Assembly: GCA_964016885.1 (NCBI GenBank)
Contig: OZ024742.1
Span: forward strand, 256,122,001-256,186,000
DNA length: 64,000 nt
From: Eledone cirrhosa
Lineage: Eukaryota
Direction: 5' to 3'
The position numbers were made by a program, and so were the translations under genes. Of the stretch, positions 53,687-64,000 are shown in pieces (the stretch's first letter is position 1; each line of letters begins with the position of its first letter). A model generated the notes under the pieces. That model was not told the origin of the DNA. It saw only the letters and a program-made list of their open reading frames with translations, and made no database searches.

Positions 53687-53769
<83 letters not shown>

Positions 53770-53999
53770 AGAGTATTGAAGTTTGCTTGAAGCATTGTGG
53801 AATAATAAATAAATATCTTTAAGTCGTTTGGAAGCCTCGACAATGCAAATGGATAAATCTCCGGGTAACAAGATCCGGTGGTGGAGAGAGAGATGTAAGT
53901 GGGTGTACATTGAGATGCGTGGTGTGTAAAGATGTGTAAATGTGTAGAAGAAAGAAGGGAAGAGTATAAAGGATAAAATAAAAATAACAACACAAGAGA

Positions 54000-54871
54000 G
54001 AGTTACCTTGGGAGAGATTTAATAGTCCCTTTATATTTCGGATTCACCTCCATCAACAGGGTTTTTTTTCCGGGGTAAAGGTTGTCTGTCGGACAGGTGC
54101 GAAACGCGTCCTCCGCTGTTTGTTGTTTTGAATATCTGAGGTATTCGGCAGAGCGCGCGTGCGCGTGAAATGGGGTCGATCGGGCAGAGCTCAGCGGCCG
54201 AATGAGGGAGTGGGGTGGCACTAGCTGTCAGTCCATTCTCTGCCTGTTTGTTAAATGTTACTGTGAGTGTGTGTGCGTGTGTTGTTGTCTCGCTTGAGTG
54301 TGTGTGCGTGTGTAGTTGCCTTGTTCCTCTGTATTGGCAGTGTAGTATGTTCGTATGGTGGAATGCTACTGTGGGTGTGTGTGCGTGTAGTTGTCTCGTT
54401 TGTGTGTGCGTGTTTTGGGTGTTGCTACATCGTTTGTTAACTTAAACCAGCCATCTCATTTCGCTTCTCTCTAATCGGTTGTTTATTTGCGGTTGCAGGC
54501 GTTTGATAAAAAGTGCTTCCTTGATACGTAACGTGCCGACGTTTCTTTCAGTCGCTAGAATTGTGACAATGGGCCTTCCGTCCTTGTTTCCGCATTTGTC
54601 TATGTGTTTCCGGAAAGACGAGGCCCTGGTTTAGTGTGTTCCTTGATCCGGATGTGCAAAGGTCTGATTGTGCTACCTATGTAGTATTGGTTGCACCTGT
54701 CACATTCTATCTTATACACGACGCATGTGCGTAGGCAACAGTTCGCATGGCGTATCGGGCAGTCTCTGAGGGAGCATGCGTCAGTAGATTTCCCGGGTTT
54801 CTTGGAGAGGCATCTTCGCAGGGAGCCCCCCCCCCCCCTGCGAAGATGCCTCTCCAAGAAACACGGGAAAT

Positions 54872-54873
<2 letters not shown>
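54000..54873 (-). mobile_element. PLE 3' fragment (GIY-YIG) with 5' fold-back hairpin
   Basis: CSLRDCPIRHANCCLRTCVVYKIECDRCNQYYIGSTIRPLHIRIKEH...EALFIKRLQPQINNR. A palindrome lies at 54788-54872. Confidence 0.85.
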
Positions 54874-54909
<36 letters not shown>

Positions 54910-54923
<14 letters not shown>

Positions 54924-55286
54924 TCAGGCTGTCTGTCTGTGTGCGTGTGAGTTTGAATCCCTAAAACTCAAGAAGCACCCAACCGATTGTTTTCAATCTT
55001 TACACATGTAATAATTATCTTTCAGGGGGTGTTCTGAGCAAAAAATAATTCAAATGTTCAATGCTCTAGGGACCGCATTAGGCGATTTAGCGATCTCACT
55101 CTATAATTCTTAGTCTTTCTCTTTTTAGATAGATACATATAACGTCGCGCCGTTATAATATATGTCTGTATGTCTGGCTGTCTGCATTACGTCACTTTCC
55201 ACAATTTCCTCTTCGTCCAGAACGCGTCCTTACAATATCTGTCTGTACGTCTGGCTGTCTATATATATATATTAGTATACTGCTAC
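54910..55286 (+). mobile_element. Second copy of the non-autonomous Helitron-like element at 42067-42448
   Basis: Colinear high similarity from tataaaact.agg.t.tctgtctgtg...gaagcacccaacc to tattagtatactgctaca. Confidence 0.85.
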
Positions 55287-55636
55287 ATTAGCCGATGTTC
55301 ATTGGTCGAGTGACTGGACGGCTAATCCGTTCCAAAGCGGCTAATTCTACCCTTGAGACGCAACTCTTAGCCAATTATGTAATGGTTAATAGCATTACCT
55401 TATTTCTGTTCAAAGGGAGTCCCATTTGGTGCAGACGGAGTCGCAGAAGCAAATGTATTGTTCCGAATTTGTTACCCACAAGAAATCGCTTTTCTCTTAC
55501 TAAATAGCGTATAAGTGTCGTCTACTGTAATTCTCTTGGGTTGGTGTCTTAATGATACTGATTTCATTAGATTTTTGCTGGAATGGAAAACGACCACTGA
55601 TCTATCGGTTCTATCCGCAAGCTTCGTTTCAGTATT

Positions 55637-56814
<1,178 letters not shown>

Positions 56815-57108
56815 ATTAATTATAGTTTATTTCATACAGTCATTTATTCGTGAAAGACTCATGAACAAGGTTTGAATGAGTTTCCGTAATGGAAGATGGA
56901 AGAAATTCTTTCATCATAAATGTGTTATTGACAGGCACACGGCATATGACAATAGATCTGACGTATATACGTTCCTCATCTAGTTATTGTAAAAATTGGG
57001 CAAAGTTTTTTTATTTGCATATTTACTTATCAATTTTGTTTGCGTTTGCTATTGTCAAACGAGCATAGAAAGCAATTATGAAATCATCAATAGTTGAAGT
57101 ATATAAAT

Positions 57109-57159
<51 letters not shown>

Positions 57160-57601
57160 TCTGTGTTTGTGTGAGTATACAAATATGTATATACTTATAT
57201 GCAGATGTATTTATATAAAAGTATATACGCACACATATTTAAATATGTGTGTGTGTCTGTTTGCAAGGATACAGCCACTAGAAAAGGGAGAGAAAAAATG
57301 CATCGTGACAACAAAGATAATAGTGTTTCTAAATATTATAAAAGAGTAAACAAGTAATCTGCTTCTGATATAACTCGTTAGAATATGCAAACAAAGCTGG
57401 TAATATATTAATAAAAACTATAAGCATATATGCAAATAATTTATTTTCCTCAGAATACCTGAGAAGAAAACAAAGCGTCATCAAAATAAATTATATGCAC
57501 ATCTATGTAATATACAATGAAGCAATTCCTGATGCTTCGAAGTCACTGGCAGCTATTTATATCTCTCACAGTCTATCTCTCTCTCTCTCTCTTTCTTTCT
57601 T

Positions 57602-57670
<69 letters not shown>

Positions 57671-57794
57671 ACTGTCTCTCTCTCCCTCTCTCACTCCCTC
57701 TCTCACTCCCTCTCTCCTCACGCACAGGAAAGTGAGACATTTTTTGTCAGATTCTGTATATATAAATGGAACCTGAGTTTTTTTAATATTAATA

Positions 57795-57915
57795 TTAATA
57801 ATTGTTTCTACTTCTGGCACAAGGCCAGCAATTAACCAGTGTATTACTGGTACTTTATTTTATCGACCCCGTAAGGATGAAAGGCAAAGTTAACCTCGGC
57901 GGGATTTGAATTCAG
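57795..57915 (-). mobile_element. 5'-truncated SINE copy
   Basis: Runs from the tail to the B-box (gggatttgaattcag) of the same SINE family. Confidence 0.88.
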
Positions 57916-57916
57916 A

Positions 57917-58150
57917 TAATACTATTCAATTCGTTTGCAATTATGCAAACATCCTCTTTTAAGCTATGTCAGTAGAATGAGCCTCTCGACTGTTAGCAGG
58001 TGAACAGCAAACTGCACTGATAAAGCCATACACATTATTGTCTGCAGTTCTGTTTACATGCCAACACAGGAGCAAGAATGAGAGGCTCATTCTACTGACA
58101 TGGATTAAAAGAGGCTGTTTATATAATTGCAAACGAATCGAATAGTATTA
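57917..58150. mobile_element. Palindromic MITE-like element
   Basis: About 70-bp terminal inverted repeats: taatactattcaattcgtttgcaattat...gtcagtagaatgagcctctc / gagaggctcattctactgac...ataattgcaaacgaatcgaatagtatta. Confidence 0.8.
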
Positions 58151-58157
58151 TTAATAA

Positions 58158-58350
58158 AAGGTGGTGAATTAGCAGTATCGATAGAGGGTCGGACGCCATG
58201 CTTTGCAGCACAGTTACGTCCCCTTACAGACTGAGTTCAAATCCTGCCGAGGTTAACTTTGCCTTTCATCCTTACGGGGTCGATAAAATAAAGTACCAGT
58301 AATGCACTGGGTAATTGCTGGCCTTGTGCCAAAAGTAGAAACAATTATTA
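58158..58350 (+). mobile_element. tRNA-derived SINE, full length
   Basis: ggtggtgaattagcagtatcg...gagttcaaatcc...gtcgataaaataaagtaccag...gaaacaattatt. Confidence 0.92.
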
Positions 58351-58564
58351 ATATTAGAAGAACTCAGATTACATATATTGTATTCAGCCATGTAGACTCT
58401 ACATTGTTGTGCGATAACTGTTTGTCAGTTATCTTTATATATAGTTTCCTTTAAATTCGTGATTAAAGTGGGAACTAGTTGATAGGGGAAAGATGAATTA
58501 ATGGAGAGAAGGTTGTGATGTATTAAGCGATGGAATAAAGAGTAGAAGGAAGAAGTAGAAAACA

Positions 58565-58575
58565 AAGAAGAAGAA

Positions 58576-58606
<31 letters not shown>

Positions 58607-58654
58607 AAGAAGAAGAAGAAGAAGAAGAAGAAGAAGAAGAAGAAGAAGAAGAAG

Positions 58655-58686
<32 letters not shown>

Positions 58687-59031
58687 GTATGTTAGTATGA
58701 GGAGTAGTAGAGAATGAAATCAAATTAAGGTGAAAAGATGAATAAGTAGGGGGAAGGGAGTATATGGTGTGGAGGGGGGAAGTGAGATTAAGCAACTTGA
58801 CTATAAGCACTAAAGACCTGTCATGCGTGGCGGGAATTCGTAAAAGCTTCGGTCTAAGCTAATTACATAAAGGTTTTCCAAACGCTATCCTTAATCTCCC
58901 TTCACCCTTCCCCGCCACCCTCAGTTGCCCTCCTTATTTTTCTCTCCGTGGTATATCACAACATTCTTCTTCTTCTTCTTCTTCTTCTTCTTCTTCTTCT
59001 TCTTCTTCTTCTTCTTCTTCTTCTTCTTCTT
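58565..59031. repeat. (GAA)n and (TTC)n trinucleotide tracts in inverted orientation
   Basis: (GAA)n at 58565-58684 and (TTC)n at 58964-59031, with diverged inverted flanks. Confidence 0.85.
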
Positions 59032-59399
59032 CGTCTATCCCGCTCCATCTACTTCACCTTCTGTCCATTGCCTACCACACCACATCCTTATCTCTATTTC
59101 TCCGCTATCCCCAACTTACAACCCCTACCCCCCCCCCCCTTTAATTACCCCTCCCAACACCCATTTCAAGGGAACTATATATAGAGAATCTGACAATTGC
59201 TTGTTTTTCCCGGTGATTTCTTACGAATGAAACAGGTCTAATCATGTAGAAGTCATTTATATAATAGTTTAAGATGTCTATACTCTACTAACATATTGAC
59301 TAACATTTTTACCTCTGGTTACCCGTTGGCACAAATTATTAAAATTGTTCACAACATTAGACTGTTGATGTTATTCAATCTGGAGCCTTGTAATTATGC

Positions 59400-60060
59400 A
59401 AAATGAAAAAAGGACATTACTTGAATTTAGTCTAACGTTATTGCGTAACATCTCACTATTTTTATCCATTCTTCAATGCACAGTCCACAAGACGGATTAC
59501 CCCTTGCGTAAGGCTTGGACTTAATGATAGCTTTCCATTGGATGGAGTAGTGTACGTCTGAGTCATTGAATGACCATACGTGGCTCACGAGTTTCGTGGA
59601 CGATCGTTTGTCCGGGTATCTAAAGGTCTACTGATGGTTCAGGATGCGTTAGTTAAACCGGCCCTCCAAGATACCTACATAGGATTTAACCATTTGTTGT
59701 TGATTTGGTCTGTTGGAAGTAACCTCAGATTCGTACATTACAGCGGGTGTGTTGAATTGTTGTTGAAGGGTACAAGCTTCAGGCTTGGAATGCTGCTCTT
59801 AGGGCTGTTGGTAATGTGGGCCTTCATATTCTTAGTACAGGATACTCCTGTAAACTGGGATGCGGGAGATCCGTGACGGTGCACACCCTCCTATATATTC
59901 GAAGTTTTCCAAAGCAAGGAAGGTAATAGGCGGGGGAGGGCGTGCAAGTTGGGCATAAATGAGATGAGAGAGATTTTTAGTTGATGAGATCGAAGGTATT
60001 AAGTGTAGGAAGGGAGAATGGGGCCTTTTCTTCCAGGCATGTTGTTTCATTGTGTGCAAA
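59400..60060 (-). mobile_element. PLE (Naiad-like) GIY-YIG relic
   Basis: Minus strand: VKSYVGILEGRFN*RILNHQ*TFRYPDKRSSTKLVSHVWSFND...IQWKAIIKSKPYARGNPSCGLCIEE. Confidence 0.82.
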
Positions 60061-60084
60061 TGTGAAGGCAGGTCTTCTTAAGTA

Positions 60085-61275
60085 CAGCGTCATGTCACAT
60101 ATCTCGGTCCAGTGTCATCGCTTTTGCATGTCTTACTTGGTTTAATTGTACAAGGTCAGCTTTGATAATGTCATGCCAAAAATTCTTAGGTCTTCTTCCA
60201 TAAATTCCATCAACTTCGAACGCCCAGTACATTTTTATACAGCTCTCATTCTCCATCCGTATCACATGTCCATACCACAACAGCACCTAACCTGCACGCT
60301 GTATCCGACCCCTCTTATGTTCTGTTTCTTTCTCGGTTCATTAATGCTTTGCCGTTCTTGTATATTGCTATTACATACCAATCGATGCATGCAAGTTTCA
60401 TTTTGTTTCCAGTCATTGTAGGTCCTCTGTGCACAGTGCCCATACTCACGCCCATCTAGCAGTGCATCATGAAATTCGCCTTTCATGTTGTCAGAAAAAT
60501 ACTTTGTAGTTATCAACGGGTGTAACTTCGTGAACCTCTTCTATCCCATTCTCACTGGCTAATTTAATTTCAGAACACTCACCTTCACAGCTAATTTGGT
60601 CAACTATGTAATGGAACCAATCAACTTCTTCTAAGGAGGCCTCTGGGCATTTAATATAACTTGTTTCCTGAAATTCTTGCTGCTATCAGCTCCTACGCAT
60701 CAACCATATACATAAACCTACTTTCTTTGCTAGCCTACTTGAAATCAAGCTTCATCAATTATGTGCCCATAGTTTGCATTTAGGGCATAGGATACAATTT
60801 CTGCACACAACATTTCTGCACACAGAGCATGGTCAGGACATGATTCCTGAAGAAAACAACTCCCTGTTTCCTTTTCTACTTAGAGGACTTAACTCTTTGC
60901 TATGTTGACTTTAAGATTTTGTGTCAAATTTATGCTTCCAGGTCTAATATGTGTTCTGTAATTCTGGCAGAGATTTGGCAATGAGGCTTATTCATTAGTT
61001 TTCATGGGTAGCGGTACTCAGATTCTACCATTATACTTTGCAGGAGGATAATAAACAGCAAGTAGTTAAGAATAGATCACCGATGGGCACTGATACGTAC
61101 ACTAAATCTTTCACTATTTATCATTGTTAATTCTGACGTTGTTAATTGCTCCACAGTACATGACTTGTACTGCACCCACAAAACTACTCATGTAGCCTTC
61201 GTCTCCTGAGATCCCACCAGGTTATGAAGTGGGAGATTGTGTCTAAAGGTTTCTCCAGATCAACATAAGCAATGC
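60085..61275 (-). mobile_element. RTE-group LINE relic
   Basis: IAYVDLEKPLDTISHFITWWDLRR at one end and LLWYGHVIRMENESCIK...GRRPKNFWHDIIKADL at the other. Confidence 0.78.
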
Positions 61276-62508
61276 GCACACACACACATATATATGAAAA
61301 TACGTATATATATATGTGTATATATATATATATGTATATATATATATAGGTGTGTGTGTGTGTGTATACACACACACACACCTATATATATATACACTAA
61401 GAGAGAGATAGTGAGAGAGAGGGGGGAGAAAGCGATAGAGATGTGTGTGTGTGTGTTTGTCTCCGAGCGTTTGCATATGTACACTTCAATACGTTGGCAC
61501 ATATATGCTTGCGACCGTACATTCACATGAATAAAACTTTGTTTCAATCACATTCATTTTCTTAAGTGCTTCACGTGACTTTACGTTGGGTTATATACTA
61601 GTGAATGTTTCTTTATGATAACTGATTGAAATAAATATCGTTTGTTATTGTATTTGCTAATTTTTTTCAATTCTATCTTTAACAAAGATGAGATTTTAGC
61701 GTGATGAATACTATTTTGAAATGATAAGCTAATTGCATGTTTATATAGCGTTTGTAAAATGTAGCTAAAGGCTCGAAGGAAGTGGGTACACAATCATGAA
61801 TACGCACACAGATTGTCAAAGATACAAATGGACATACACAGTGTAATATGCATTCAAACTGCTGCATGTGAAGGTGCATAACTATAAGAATATGTATAAA
61901 TACACACACACAAACACACATATACGCACACACACACACGCACAAACACATACGCACACACACACATATGTATATATGTGTGTGTGTATGTGTGTATGTT
62001 TGTGTGTGTTTGTGTATATATGTGTGTGTGTTCTCACGCGCATATTTGGAAAATTTGGCCCTTCGAAATACTTATTTGGCTGGAACGACATGCAACAGCG
62101 TGTCTTGTTATTCATAATCGTGAGACGAACATCTTTACCCGAAGCATTTCGCCGTCACATGAGCGTCATTTGACTGTTACAATAGGTATTCGTATTGTAA
62201 CGACAACAAAATCTATTTAATCTGAATACGATATATATATATATTTATATATATATATAATTGGTGTTGGATGCTTAAAGCGTCCGTATGCGGTAGGCCG
62301 TATGAGCACTCGTTGCTCTCATAGAGCAGAATATGATATCATAAGAACATCTGCTTCGTAAAATCAAGACGTATCTGAGGACCTTGCGATTTTCAGAGTC
62401 AGGTTCGACCATCACATCGATCGTGCCTCCAGCTGGTCGCCAGAGAAACGATTACAATATGCCCAATAAATTCCATTCGTCGCAACACTGATCCTCTTTT
62501 TTTATGTG

Positions 62509-62588
<80 letters not shown>

Positions 62589-62988
62589 ACATATATAGGA
62601 AAAAAAGTTTAAAAAGCGATTTGAGTCTTTAAGAATTTAAAATAATTCATAATTTTACTAGTTTTACATGTTTTATTATTTTCAAATTTAAGAGAGATGG
62701 AGAAATATGTGCCTATGCCAACTTGTAAGTTACAAGGCGCCATAGCAACATATATCTCCATCTATGTTTACTTTTGAAATTAATAAAACTTGTGAAACCA
62801 ATAATTTTCAACTTCTTTTTCCTATATTTTTACTCGTGTGAGATATACTGAAAAAAATCTTACTTTCGAATATATAACCCTCTACTACATTAGATATGGT
62901 ATATACTCCACTGTATATAGAATACCTTACTTACCGTTGCTACCTCCAATTAAACCAAGGACACACACATACACACACACACACACAT

Positions 62989-63045
<57 letters not shown>

Positions 63046-64000
63046 CATATACATATATATTGAACTTCAGGTTCATCTTTTCACGAAGACTGCATATTTA
63101 ATAAAGGCTCACTGGTTAGAATATTTTGTTCATGGTTGTAATATCGTGAGCGTGCAATATATCCTGTAAAAAGAGTTTATTTCACATTAATTCTATTTAC
63201 TCAACTTGCCAGATACACTGTGTCTGTAATCCAAAATGACAATCTTGTCATACATTGGGTTCCGTTGCATCTGCCTAATAGCTACCTTAATGTTGTGAAT
63301 TTTCGCTACTTGTTGATTTTATGAAAAATTACATTTGGAAAGCTTCACTTAACTTTCAAGGATCACAACAAAGGAAAGGATTCATGTACACTCTAGACAA
63401 ATATGGTGGCTGTATATATCCTCCACTCCCTCTCACATATCGATTTATTGAAGAGAAGTATGCAATACTGAAAGTATAAAAAAAAGCAAGGTTTACATTT
63501 ATAAAGTGGAAGAACTAAAATGAAATAGAAAAATTGGTGGAATAAATAATGAACACTTGGACCCAGGAGGAGGGGTCAACCTCAACACTTTTGATTGAGC
63601 GATATATAACCACTTCTAAACCTTTTATTGAAGCTTTGAAACACACTGTAAAATATCACCTGCTTCAATGCAAATAGCAATTTCTTACCTCCACATATTG
63701 TTTTCCCGTGTGTTGCACATCAATTCCTTATCTAAAATTCTAATTTATTGTTATGAGAACAGCATTAGTCAATAGAAACTACCAAAAGCCAGTTATTGAT
63801 CTGATAAAAACAGACAAACAGGGCAACCGATAAATGATTTTGTTTAGTCTCAAACGTGCCTATTAATTAACGTCGAAACAAAAATAGATACTAACGCCAT
63901 ATTTTTATTATCATTGCCAACAGCCAACAGCTAAATACTAAAAGAAAAAGAAAAAAAATCTTTAATTCTTTTGCAAATGATACATCAGCTACTATTGATA

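Noticed and set aside
58158-58250. tRNA gene
   Set aside because: A and B boxes are present but there is no full cloverleaf. It is the head of a multi-copy SINE.

Overview
AT-rich, microsatellite-laden eukaryotic DNA. The SINE type and (TA)n/(CA)n/(GA)n content suggest a coleoid cephalopod such as Octopus (inference). It is almost entirely transposon debris, and no host protein-coding gene can be called with confidence; two possible exons lie at about 23.1-24.7 kb. Recognisable elements are a degraded autonomous Helitron (Rep/PIF1 helicase) plus tandem non-autonomous Helitrons; LINE relics of the RTE, RTE-BovB, R4/Dong and Tx1 types; about 8 copies of a tRNA-derived SINE; and at least 8 Penelope-like retroelement (PLE) fragments with GIY-YIG endonuclease. 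The hidden layer, absent from the ORF track, is a dense set of type I hammerhead ribozyme (HHR) motifs in PLE 3' ends, all folded by eye. It includes two with roughly 100-nt stem II arms and a U4C-core family with covarying palindromic stem III. That family caps both ends of two large fold-back palindromes (0.8 kb and 2.2 kb) whose inverted arms stop at the same homologous point in (TA)n.
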